Source of the DNA: an uncultured Chloroflexia bacterium
GTDB lineage: Bacteria > Chloroflexota > Limnocylindria > Limnocylindrales > CSP1-4
Assembly (NCBI GenBank): GCA_963734535.1
Contig: CAVTHS010000013.1
Coordinates: 1-50,839 of the forward strand
DNA length: 50,839 bases
Direction of reading: 5' to 3'
In this document: positions 18,481-27,549 of the stretch, piece after piece
Layout of the letters: each line of letters starts with the position of its first letter
Numbering within the stretch: the first letter of the stretch is position 1
Notes under the pieces: model-generated
Databases searched by the model: none
What the model saw: only the letters and a program-made list of their open reading frames with translations
What the model was told of the DNA's origin: nothing
Program-made: the position numbers and the translations under genes

Positions 18481-20253
18481 GTGGCACTCAAGGAAGAAGT
18501 CCTGGGCCAGTTCCTCGGGGACGACAAGTTCCCGGTGACGTGGACGTCGGAAACGGAGAAGCTCCTCTTCTGGGTCTACGACGACCTGCACTGCCCGCAC
18601 CCGCTCAGCCCGATGTACGAGGACATCGGCGGCTGGTGGCTCTCGTGCGACCACATGTTCCGGCGATTCGGCACGCCCTTCGCGACGGACTGGATCTACA
18701 AGAACGTCAACGGCTACCTCTACACCGCGGCGATCCCGGCCGAGGCCGGCCTGAAGGTCGACACGCAGGAGTACAACTCCGCGACCAGCGCGATCGTCCC
18801 CGAGGACCCGGAGTACGCGGCCAGGATCGGCACCTACCTCGGCGCGGTGCTCCCGACCTACGGGCTCCAGTTCGTCAACTGGTGGCGCGATCGCCTGGTC
18901 CCCGAGATGGACCGCAACTTCGCCTACCTCGAGGGGATGCTCGACAAGCAGGGTGAGCTGAACCTGATGGAGCTCGCCTGCGTGCTCGAGGATGCGATCG
19001 ACATCCACGATCGCCACTGGAAGATCCACTGGATGCTCAACTTCGCCCAGCTCTCCGCGACGCTCAACCTGCGGGCCGTCATGGAGAAGACGCACGGCAA
19101 GATCAACGAGGTCCTCCTGGGCCGGCTGCAGAACTCGGCCAAGGACCGCAACTGGGACTCGATCCATGCCCTCTGGGCGATGAAGGAGGAGGCGAAGGCC
19201 GATCCGGAGCTCGCCGCCATCTTCAAGGCCGACACTGCGGGCGAGATCATCGTGGCGCTCGAGGCCGGCGAGCGGGGCAGGCGCTTCATCGAGGAGCGCG
19301 TGGGCCCCTACCAGAAGGAGTATGGCTGGCACGCCGTCTGGAGCCACGAGTTCATCTTCCCGAACGTGGTCGAGGTGATGGAGCCCGTCATCGAGCTCGT
19401 CCGCGGCTACATCGAGACCAACTACGACTACCCGAAGACGATCGGGGCGCTCGCTGCCGACATCGACGCCGCCGCCAGGGAGATCCTCGAGGGGCTCCAG
19501 GGCGAGGCGCTCGAGGAGATGCGGGCGGCCAACGCGATCAATCTCCGGATGGCCCCGCTCACGCCGGACCACCACTTCTACATCGACCAGGGCGCCAACG
19601 CCCACGTCCGCCAGGTCCTCCTGGCGATCGGCCGCAAGCTGGTCGCCGCCGGTGCCCTCGACGCCCCGGACGACGTGGTCTTCTTCCGCTACAACGAGCT
19701 GCGCGTCTTCATGGGCGACCCGAAGGCCATGGATGGCCGGGCGATCGTCGCGAAGGCGAAGGCCGCGCGCGAGAAGGCCTACACGTTCCGGCCGAAGGAA
19801 TGGGTCGGGACCGTCACGGCGACGCAGCTGGCGTTTCCGTACCTGAACCTGTGGGGCTTTCCCGACAAGTTCTACCGCAAGGGATCCACGGTCGCCGGCC
19901 AGATCAACGGGATCGGCGCCTCGCCGGGCGTCGTCGAGGGCGTGGCGCGGGTCGTGCTTCGCGAGGATCAGTTCGACGACGTGCGGGCTGGCGACATCCT
20001 GGTCTGCCAGATGACGAACCCCGCCTGGGTCGTCCTCTTCACCAAGATCGTCGGCCTCGTGACGGATGCAGGCGGCACCGTCTCCCATCCGGCCGTCCTC
20101 GCCCGCGAGTTCGGCATCCCCGCCGTCGTCGGGACATCCGTAGGAACCCAGCAGATCAGGAACGGCGACCGGGTCCGCATCAATGGGACCACCGGCATCG
20201 TCGAGATCCTCAGCACGGCGCCGGGCCGGCCCCTCGTCGGCATCGGGTCCTGA
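18481..20253 (+). CDS. PEP-utilizing enzyme: substrate-binding domain plus phospho-His swivel domain, no ATP-grasp (PpsA/RPH-like subunit)
   Basis: C-terminal GIGASPG.VEG.ARV..GDILVC.MTNP.W..LVTD.GG..SHPAVLAREFGIPAVVG; N-terminal W.YDDLHCPHPLSP helical region; GTG 18481 (or TTG 18466). Confidence 0.85.
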   Translation: MALKEEVLGQFLGDDKFPVTWTSETEKLLFWVYDDLHCPHPLSPMYEDIGGWWLSCDHMFRRFGTPFATDWIYKNVNGYLYTAAIPAEAGLKVDTQEYNSATSAIVPEDPEYAARIGTYLGAVLPTYGLQFVNWWRDRLVPEMDRNFAYLEGMLDKQGELNLMELACVLEDAIDIHDRHWKIHWMLNFAQLSATLNLRAVMEKTHGKINEVLLGRLQNSAKDRNWDSIHALWAMKEEAKADPELAAIFKADTAGEIIVALEAGERGRRFIEERVGPYQKEYGWHAVWSHEFIFPNVVEVMEPVIELVRGYIETNYDYPKTIGALAADIDAAAREILEGLQGEALEEMRAANAINLRMAPLTPDHHFYIDQGANAHVRQVLLAIGRKLVAAGALDAPDDVVFFRYNELRVFMGDPKAMDGRAIVAKAKAAREKAYTFRPKEWVGTVTATQLAFPYLNLWGFPDKFYRKGSTVAGQINGIGASPGVVEGVARVVLREDQFDDVRAGDILVCQMTNPAWVVLFTKIVGLVTDAGGTVSHPAVLAREFGIPAVVGTSVGTQQIRNGDRVRINGTTGIVEILSTAPGRPLVGIGS

Positions 20254-20264
20254 CCCGGCCCTCC

Positions 20265-20984
20265 ATGACGCTCGAGGCCGCGATCCCGCGCAGCGTCCTG
20301 AGCGATCAGGTCAAGGATCGCCTCCTGCAGGCGATCCTTGCCGGTCGCTATCCGCCGGGTGCCAGGATCGTCGAGACCCGGGTCGCCCGGGAGCTCGGGA
20401 CGAGCCAGGCTCCGGTCCGCGAGGCGCTGCGCGACCTCGAGGCGCTCGGCGTCGTGGAGACCGTCGCGTTTCGTGGAGCACGCGTCCGCCGGCCGTCGGC
20501 GAACGAGATCCTGGAGGGGTTCGCGATCCGCGCGGCGCTCGAGTCGCTCGGCGCGCGGATCGCCATCCCACTCCTGACGGACGAGGACATCCGCGTCCTC
20601 GCCTCGGATCTCGACGAGATGCGACGGGCGGCCGAGGACGGTGACGTCCATGCCGAGGCGATGGCGGACGCCGCCTTCCATGGCAGGATCATCGAGCTGT
20701 CGGGCAACGCCACCTTGCAGCGCGTGTGGAAGACGCTCGAACCCTTCTCGCGCACCTACATCACGATGGTGGTCCCGGGCGTGGACCGGCGCCGGATCGC
20801 GGAGCTGCATGCCCCGGTCCTCGCGGCGCTCAAGCTTCGCGACGCATCGGTCGCCGAGGCCGTCATCCACGATCACTTCGCCGACACGGCGGCGATGCTC
20901 ACCCGCCTCTGGGCGTCACCCACCCCAGCCGCACCCGGCGAAGCAGCGCCATCCGGCGCCACAGCGCCAGGTCGTTCGACCTGA
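20265..20984 (+). CDS. GntR (FadR/FCD) transcriptional regulator, paralog 2
   Basis: HTH nearly identical to 13760-14452 (DQVKDRLLQAI, RIVETRVARE.GTSQAPVREALR, LEPFSRTYIT.VVPG). Confidence 0.92.
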   Translation: MTLEAAIPRSVLSDQVKDRLLQAILAGRYPPGARIVETRVARELGTSQAPVREALRDLEALGVVETVAFRGARVRRPSANEILEGFAIRAALESLGARIAIPLLTDEDIRVLASDLDEMRRAAEDGDVHAEAMADAAFHGRIIELSGNATLQRVWKTLEPFSRTYITMVVPGVDRRRIAELHAPVLAALKLRDASVAEAVIHDHFADTAAMLTRLWASPTPAAPGEAAPSGATAPGRST

Positions 20985-21015
20985 TCCGTCGCGCCCGGTC
21001 ACCCGAAAGGACGAG

Positions 21016-21903
21016 ATGAACGACCAGCTCCTACTGTCGGAGGAGATGTCAGCCGGGACGGCCCGCCTGCGGGTGGACGTCCACGGCAGCGAGCCGCGCG
21101 AGCATGTCCTCGACGACCTCACCTTCCTCAACTACCGGCTCGCCGACGTCCGCATCTCGCCGGAGGTGACGCTCGCCGAGCCCGACATCATCTGGCAGCA
21201 GGACGGCGACAAGGCGATCCGGTACGACGGCCGGGTGATGCACTTCACGGGCCCGTGGCCGGCGGGGCCAATCCAGAAGGTCGTCGTCGCGATGCTCGCG
21301 CTCCGGATGGAGGCCGTTGGGCTCCATCCCTCCCACAGCGCGGCCGTGCACTACCGCGGCAGGACGCTGCTATTCCTGGGCGGCGAGTCCAATCACGGCA
21401 AGAGCATGGGGCTCATCGAAGCCGGCGCCCGCGGCGCCCTCCAGGTCGCGTCCGAGACCACGATCATCGACGAGGACGGCAACGCCGCCGCCGGGTCGAC
21501 GGACACGTTCCTCGTGAAGCGCACCGAAGGCACGGAGCGGTCGGACAAGGCCGCGCCGAACAAGGGCGTCGAGAAGTTCTGGGGAAGGATGCCGTCCTGG
21601 GGCATGTACGGGGGCACGCCCAACATCGACGTGGTGATCGTGCCTGCGATCGACGGCAACTTCGACCCGGCCGCAAACGCGCTCGTCCCGTTCGAGCGCC
21701 AGTTCCAGTTCCTCCACTCCCTGCAGAACTACTTCCTCACCAACGAGCTGTTGGCTCCCGGCCACGTCATGCCGATGGTGGACAACGACGCCCTTCGCGT
21801 GAAGCGCGCCGACTTCGTGGGCCGCTTCTGCGAGCGACCTTTCTACTTCATCCGGGCGGCCACCCCGCAGGTGCTCCTGGACCAGGTGGACACAATCCTC
21901 TGA
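21016..21903 (+). CDS. Divergent HPr-kinase/PEPCK-like P-loop protein of unknown function
   Basis: HSAAV...LLFLGGESNHGKS...VASETTII parallels the HprK H.xxV..G.SG.GKS..DD layout; AAAGGA SD. Confidence 0.6.
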   Translation: MNDQLLLSEEMSAGTARLRVDVHGSEPREHVLDDLTFLNYRLADVRISPEVTLAEPDIIWQQDGDKAIRYDGRVMHFTGPWPAGPIQKVVVAMLALRMEAVGLHPSHSAAVHYRGRTLLFLGGESNHGKSMGLIEAGARGALQVASETTIIDEDGNAAAGSTDTFLVKRTEGTERSDKAAPNKGVEKFWGRMPSWGMYGGTPNIDVVIVPAIDGNFDPAANALVPFERQFQFLHSLQNYFLTNELLAPGHVMPMVDNDALRVKRADFVGRFCERPFYFIRAATPQVLLDQVDTIL

Positions 21904-21922
21904 GCGGGGGCACGCGACACTG

Positions 21923-22783
21923 ATGCACACGTTCGCATACGCCCGGCCGACGCTCCTGGCCGATGCCGTGGCCCTGCTCGAGACGCACGGGCCGGATGCG
22001 CGCCTCCTGGCCGGGGGCACGGACCTCATCATCCGGCTGCGGGACGGCACGGCCCGGCCCGGCGTGGTGATCGACATCAAGCGGATCGCCGAGATGCGCC
22101 CCTCGATCCGGGAGGAGGCAGGCTGCCTCGTCATCGGCGCCGGCACGGTCATGACCGATATCGCGGCCGACGAGCGGGTCCGCCGCTCGTACCCCGCGCT
22201 CGCGGAGGCGGCCGCGGTGGTCGGCTCCGTCCAGATCCGCAACCGGGCCACGCTGGCGGGAAACGTCTGCAATGCCTCGCCCGCCGCCGACACGGCCCCC
22301 GCCCTCTTGGTCCACGCCGCGCGCGTCATCGCCGTCGGACCGGCCGGGACGCGGCGCATCCCGATCGACGGGTTCTTCGTGCGGTCAGGGGTGACCACGC
22401 TCGCGCGCGGCGAGATCGTGACCGCGATCGAGCTGCCGCTGCCAGACCGGGCGATGGGTGCCGTACACGTCCGGAGGACGCGGCGCCGCGGCCACGACCT
22501 CGCGTCGGTCACGCTCTGCTGCGGGGTGGATGCGGCAGGGGTCACCCGGATCGCCTACGGGAGCGTCGGGCCCCGGCCCGTCCTCGCCGTCGACGAGAGT
22601 GGCGTGCTCGCCGATCCGACCGCAGCGGGTGCGGCCAAGGAGGCGATCTTCGAGCGGCTCTTCGCCGGCGCGAGCCCGTCCCCGCGCTCGATGCGCGCGA
22701 GCCCCGACTACCGCCTGGCGATGCTCCGGGTCCTGGGGGCCCGGGCCCTGCGGATCGCGATCGACCGGCTGGCGCAGGCATGA
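21923..22783 (+). CDS. Xanthine dehydrogenase family FAD-binding (medium) subunit
   Basis: LLAGGTDL, VGSVQIRNRATLAGNVCNASPAAD. Confidence 0.93.
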   Translation: MHTFAYARPTLLADAVALLETHGPDARLLAGGTDLIIRLRDGTARPGVVIDIKRIAEMRPSIREEAGCLVIGAGTVMTDIAADERVRRSYPALAEAAAVVGSVQIRNRATLAGNVCNASPAADTAPALLVHAARVIAVGPAGTRRIPIDGFFVRSGVTTLARGEIVTAIELPLPDRAMGAVHVRRTRRRGHDLASVTLCCGVDAAGVTRIAYGSVGPRPVLAVDESGVLADPTAAGAAKEAIFERLFAGASPSPRSMRASPDYRLAMLRVLGARALRIAIDRLAQA

Positions 22784-23265
22784 GCGCGACGGCCGGGGTG
22801 ACCCGGATCGAGCTGACGGTCAACGGGCACCGGCGTGCCATCGAGGTCGCCGTCCACCACACGCTCCTCGACGTCGTGCGCGACGACCTGGGGCTGACCG
22901 GCGCGAAGGAGTGCTGCCTCGTCGGCGAGTGCGGTGCGTGCACCGTCATCCTCGACGGGCGCACCGTCGACTCCTGCCTGGTGCTCGCGGTCGAGGCCGA
23001 CGGATCCGAGATCACGACGGTCGAGGGGCTTGCAGACGAGCGAGGGCTCGGCCCGCTCCAGCAGGCGTTCCTCGACAACGGCGCCGTGCAGTGCGGCTTC
23101 TGCATCCCGGGCCAGCTGCTCTCCGCCCAGGCGCTGCTGGCGGACAACCCGCACCCCAGCATCCCGGAGATCGAGGAGGGCCTGGCCGGCAACCTGTGCC
23201 GGTGCGGCTGCTACCGGCAGATCACCGACGCGGTCCTCGCCACCGCGGAGCGGGCCGAGCCATGA
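22780..23265 (+). CDS. Xanthine dehydrogenase family (2Fe-2S) small subunit
   Basis: C..GECGACTV, QCGFC.PG, GNLCRCG.Y; ATGA coupling. Confidence 0.95.
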   Translation: MSATAGVTRIELTVNGHRRAIEVAVHHTLLDVVRDDLGLTGAKECCLVGECGACTVILDGRTVDSCLVLAVEADGSEITTVEGLADERGLGPLQQAFLDNGAVQCGFCIPGQLLSAQALLADNPHPSIPEIEEGLAGNLCRCGCYRQITDAVLATAERAEP

Positions 23266-25508
23266 GCGCGACCCGCATCGGCGCCTCCCCCAACCGCGTC
23301 GGCGGGATCGACCGGGTGACCGGCCGCAACGAATACGCCGGGGACATCCGCCTGCCGGGCGTCCTCGAGGCGAGGCTCGTCACCGTGCCTGTGGCACGGG
23401 CCCGCATCCTTTCGATCGACGCGAGCGAGGCGCTCAGGGTCCCGGGCGTGCGCCTGGTCATGACCGCCGCGGACCTGCCGCAGCCGGTCCCGCGATTCGG
23501 TCCGCAGTTCGAGGATCGGCCCGTCATCGCGGTGGGTGAGACCAAGTACCACGGCGAGCCAGTGGCGCTCGTGGCCGCCGAGACGAAGGACGCGGCCGAG
23601 GCGGCCGCCGACCTCGTCCACGTCGAGTACGAGGAGCTACCCGCGGTCTTCACCATTCTGGCGGCTCTCGATCCGGCGGCCCCGCTCGTCCAGGACCCGG
23701 CGCTGCGCCCCACTGATCACCTGGCATCGACGAACGTCCTCCGTGAGCACCGGATCGGCTGGGGGGATGTCGACGGGGCGACGGCCGACGTCGTGGTCGA
23801 GAACACGTACACGTTCCCGATGGTCACCCACTTCGCCATCGAGCCGCACGCGTTCATGGCCGCCCCCGACGGCGATGGGATCGCCGTCTGGAGCACGATC
23901 CAGCACCCGAACTGGCTCCAGAAGGTGCTCGCGAAGGTCCTCGGCCTCCCGCTCTCGAAGGTGCGGGTCCTGGCGCCGGACCCGGGCGGCGGGTTCGGCG
24001 GCAAGCAGCACGCCAAGCTCGAGCCGCTCGTCGCGTTTGCCGCGCTGCGGACCGGTCGCCCGGTACGCCTCGTCCTGAGCCTGGAGGAGAGCTTCCAGGC
24101 GGCCCGCCGCGCGTCGTGCGAGGTTCGCGTCCGGACCGGCGTCAACGCCGACGGCGCGTTCGTCTTCGAGGACATCGCGGCCGACTACCTGATCGGCGCC
24201 TACGCCGACATCGCCGACCGGGTGGTCGGCAAGGGCAGCTACCCTGCCGCCGGCCCGTACAACGTGCCGGCCGTCCGGATCCTCGCCCGGAGCGTGCTGT
24301 CCCACACTGTCCCGTCCACGGCATTCCGCGGCTTTGGCAACCCGCAGGTCAACTGGGCCGTGGAATCGAACCTCGACGAGGCCGCCCGTGCGATCGGGAT
24401 GGACCGCCTCGCCATCCGCCTGCGCAACCTGGCGAAGAAGGGCGACGCCTTCATCCCATTCGACACGCCGGCCGACGGCGACTGGCGGCAGGCCGTCGAG
24501 CGCGCCGCCGAGCTCATCGGCTGGGACACGGCCCTTCCGCCCGGGCACGGGCGGGGTCTCGCGGTGGGCATCAAGTCCGGCCCGACCACGGGCCTCTCGT
24601 ATTCGACCGTCCGGCTTCTCGGCGATGGGAGCGTGATCGTCCTCGCCGGCACCTCGGACATGGGCCAGGGCGCCCGCACGGTGTTCGCCCAGATCGCGGC
24701 GCAGGAGCTCGGCGCGCCGCTCGACTGGGTCACGGTGGTCATGGGCGACACGGCAATCGTTCCGTACGACCAGCAGACGTCGGCGAGCCGCTCCACGGTG
24801 CTGATGGGCAACTCGGTGCTGCAGGCGTGCCGCTCGATCCAGGCCCAGCTCGCAACGATGGCTGCCCGCCTTCACGGCCTGGACGAGGCGCAGGTCACCG
24901 TCGATCGGGGCGTCGTCCGCCTGCCCGACCGCGAGCTCCCCGTCCTCGACGTGCTCACGCCGGGCCTCGGCCGGCTCGGCGGCGAGCTGACCGGCAACGG
25001 CGAGGTCCGCAAGGACGCCGAGCCCGACCACCCGCTGGGCGGCGCCGCGGCCTTCTTCGAGTTCAACTGCACCGCCGTCGAGGCCGTGGTGGACGAGGAG
25101 ACCGGCGACATCGTGATCGTGAAGCACGTCACGGTCTCCGATGTCGGGAAGGCCCTCAACCCGCTCCAGGTGACGATGCAGGACGAGGGCGCCGCCATCC
25201 AGGGCCTGGGCCACACGCTCATGGAGCACTACATCTACGACGAGAAGGGCAGGATCCGGAACCTTGGTGCCATCGACTACCGGATCCCGACCAGCATGGA
25301 CCTGCCTCTCGAGATGCTCAGCGAGGCCGTCGAGAACGAGGACGGCCCCGGCCCGTATGGCTCGAAGGGGATGAGCGAAGGCGCTCTCCTGTGCGTGGCA
25401 TCCGCCGTCGGGGCAGCGGTCCGCGACGCCACCGGGGTCGCGATCCGGGACCTGCCGCTCACGCCGGAGCGGGTCTGGCGCGCACTCCGCGATCGGCCGA
25501 CACCATGA
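23262..25508 (+). CDS. Xanthine dehydrogenase family molybdopterin-binding large subunit
   Basis: GGGFGGK, AFRGFG, DMGQG, DVGKALNP, DYRIP, KGMSE (catalytic Glu); ATGA coupling. Confidence 0.93.
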   Translation: MSATRIGASPNRVGGIDRVTGRNEYAGDIRLPGVLEARLVTVPVARARILSIDASEALRVPGVRLVMTAADLPQPVPRFGPQFEDRPVIAVGETKYHGEPVALVAAETKDAAEAAADLVHVEYEELPAVFTILAALDPAAPLVQDPALRPTDHLASTNVLREHRIGWGDVDGATADVVVENTYTFPMVTHFAIEPHAFMAAPDGDGIAVWSTIQHPNWLQKVLAKVLGLPLSKVRVLAPDPGGGFGGKQHAKLEPLVAFAALRTGRPVRLVLSLEESFQAARRASCEVRVRTGVNADGAFVFEDIAADYLIGAYADIADRVVGKGSYPAAGPYNVPAVRILARSVLSHTVPSTAFRGFGNPQVNWAVESNLDEAARAIGMDRLAIRLRNLAKKGDAFIPFDTPADGDWRQAVERAAELIGWDTALPPGHGRGLAVGIKSGPTTGLSYSTVRLLGDGSVIVLAGTSDMGQGARTVFAQIAAQELGAPLDWVTVVMGDTAIVPYDQQTSASRSTVLMGNSVLQACRSIQAQLATMAARLHGLDEAQVTVDRGVVRLPDRELPVLDVLTPGLGRLGGELTGNGEVRKDAEPDHPLGGAAAFFEFNCTAVEAVVDEETGDIVIVKHVTVSDVGKALNPLQVTMQDEGAAIQGLGHTLMEHYIYDEKGRIRNLGAIDYRIPTSMDLPLEMLSEAVENEDGPGPYGSKGMSEGALLCVASAVGAAVRDATGVAIRDLPLTPERVWRALRDRPTP

Positions 25509-25527
25509 GCCCCGGGAGGCCACGGGA

Positions 25528-26418
25528 ATGACGACGCTGTCCGGGATCGGGCCAATCGGCGAGCTGCCGCCCGCACAGGTCGTGAAGGCCGCGGGCCTGG
25601 TCCGCGAGGGCCGGATGATCTCGCTGGCCGCGGCGCGCTACCCGGGAATGCCCCTCTTCCCCGGGCACCCGCCCTTCCAGGTCCTCAACTACCGGACACC
25701 GCGCGGCATCCGCGTCACCGGCGCAAAGCCATGGGGGCCCGTCAACGACGCCGGCCTCGGCTACATGGCCGAGTACGTGATGGCGACGTCGCACTCGGGC
25801 GCCCACGTGGACGCGCTCGCCCACATGACCGTCGGCGACGACATGCACTGGTACGGCGGCGGCAACTCGGACGAGCACCTGACGGACTTCGGGCCCACGC
25901 ACCTCGACGCGTCCCGGCTGCCGCCGTTCTTCACCCGGGGCGTGCTGCTGGACGCGCCCGCCCACCGGGGCGTCGACTGCCTGCCGGCGGGCGCGCCCGT
26001 CGGTGCTGCCGAGATGGATGCGATCTGCGCCGCGCAGGGCGTCTCCGTGGGGCCGTGGGACGTCGTCCTGGTCCGGACCGGGTACATGAGCCTCTGGCCC
26101 GACGTCGAGCGGATGGCCGCCCACAAGACCGCCGGGCCGGACATCTCGGCGGCCCGCTGGCTGCTCGAGCGAGGGGTCGTCGCGACCGGCACCGACACCG
26201 AGACGTACGAGGTGCAGCCCGCGCCCGATCCCGGGCCTACCGGCAACCCGCAGCCGGTCCATACCCTGCTGCTCATCCAGAACGGCATCTACCTCATGGA
26301 GAGCCTGGATCTCGAGGAGCTGGCGCGCGAGCGCATCCACGAGTTCCTGTTCGTCGCTCTCCCCGTCAAGATCCGCGGCGCCACGGGGTCGATGATCGAT
26401 CCCGTCGCCGTCTTCTGA
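25528..26418 (+). CDS. Cyclase family metal-dependent amidohydrolase (kynurenine formamidase/isatin hydrolase-like)
   Basis: HSGAHVDAL (HxGTHxD), RGVLLD, VRTG, GTDT, VH..LL..GI.LME.L, GATGS...PVA. Confidence 0.9.
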   Translation: MTTLSGIGPIGELPPAQVVKAAGLVREGRMISLAAARYPGMPLFPGHPPFQVLNYRTPRGIRVTGAKPWGPVNDAGLGYMAEYVMATSHSGAHVDALAHMTVGDDMHWYGGGNSDEHLTDFGPTHLDASRLPPFFTRGVLLDAPAHRGVDCLPAGAPVGAAEMDAICAAQGVSVGPWDVVLVRTGYMSLWPDVERMAAHKTAGPDISAARWLLERGVVATGTDTETYEVQPAPDPGPTGNPQPVHTLLLIQNGIYLMESLDLEELARERIHEFLFVALPVKIRGATGSMIDPVAVF

Positions 26419-26432
26419 AGGAGTCAAGCAGC

Positions 26433-27491
26433 GTGACCGCCACCATGGAGGCGCTCGTCGTCCTCGAGCCGAACAAGCTCGAGATCCACGAAGTCCCCAT
26501 CCCGACGCCCGGCCCGAACGAGGTGCTTGCCCGCGTGCGCGCTGTCTCGATCTGCGGGACCGACGCCCACCTGGTGCGCGGCGACTACCCGGGATTCTGG
26601 CCACCAGCCTTCCCGTTCATCCCTGGCCACGAGTGGGCCGGCGAGATCGCCGCGCTCGGGCCGGGCGCGGAGCTGTTCGGCTGGAAGGTCGGCGACCGGG
26701 TCGCAGGGACCTCGCACGACGCCTGCGGCGTCTGCCAGAAGTGCGTCGAGGGCCACTACAACCTGTGCGAGAACTACGGCCGGCCAGGGCTCCACAAGCA
26801 GTACGGCCACAGCGTCCAGGGCGCCGACGCGACCTACGTGGTCCACGGGGTCAAGTGCATCTTCTCCCTGCCGGACGCGATCTCGTTCGACGAGGGCGCC
26901 GTCATCGATCCGGCCTCCATCGCGCTCCACGTCGCGAACCGCGGCAACATCGCCCCGGGCGACAACGTCGCGATCATGGGCGCCGGTGCGATCGGCCTCC
27001 TCGGCGGCGACGCAGCCCGGATCCGCGGAGCGGCCCGCGTGATCGTCGTCGGGCGCAACCCGGGCCGCCTTGCCAAAGCCGCCGCGATGGGCTTCGAGAC
27101 CATCGACCCCTCGGCCGGCGACCCGGTCGCGATCGTCCGCGAGATGACCGGCGGCCTGGGTGCGGACGTCGTCCTGGAGTGCGCGGGTGTGCCCGTGACC
27201 GTCCAGCTGGCGCTCGGCATGCTCCGCCGCGGCGGGCGCTGTGCCGCCGTGGGGATCCCGACCCAGGGCGTGGAGATCGCGATGCAGCGCCTGGTGCTCG
27301 ACGAGCTGGAGCTCGTCGGGTGCCGCGCCTCCGCTGGCGAGATGCGGCGCGTGATTCCGCTGGTCGAGCAGGGCCGGATGCGCGTTCGCGAGGTGATGAC
27401 GCACCGCTTCGCGCTCGCCGACTATGCGCAGGCCCTGGCGACCTTCAACGACCCAACGAGCGGGGCGATCAAGATCATCGTCGCCCCCTGA
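26433..27491 (+). CDS. Zn-dependent medium-chain alcohol/polyol dehydrogenase
   Basis: ICGTD, GHEWAG, CGVCQKC......C structural Zn, GAGAIG; GTG 26433 after AAGGAG. Confidence 0.92.
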   Translation: MTATMEALVVLEPNKLEIHEVPIPTPGPNEVLARVRAVSICGTDAHLVRGDYPGFWPPAFPFIPGHEWAGEIAALGPGAELFGWKVGDRVAGTSHDACGVCQKCVEGHYNLCENYGRPGLHKQYGHSVQGADATYVVHGVKCIFSLPDAISFDEGAVIDPASIALHVANRGNIAPGDNVAIMGAGAIGLLGGDAARIRGAARVIVVGRNPGRLAKAAAMGFETIDPSAGDPVAIVREMTGGLGADVVLECAGVPVTVQLALGMLRRGGRCAAVGIPTQGVEIAMQRLVLDELELVGCRASAGEMRRVIPLVEQGRMRVREVMTHRFALADYAQALATFNDPTSGAIKIIVAP

Positions 27492-27549
27492 GGAGCGAAC
27501 GCGCCGTGCAGACAGCCCGGTCATGCCACGGGCCCAGGAGAGCCATCCC

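Noticed and set aside
20946-20960. gcgccatccggcgcc in the GntR2 tail matching the PPDK linker repeat unit
   Set aside because: Short, GC-rich and encoding APSGA; may be chance, so not enough to call a dispersed repeat
21923-25508. Aerobic CO dehydrogenase (coxMSL)
   Set aside because: The large subunit has AFRGFG, not the form I AYxCSFR active-site loop; it is a generic XDH-family hydroxylase
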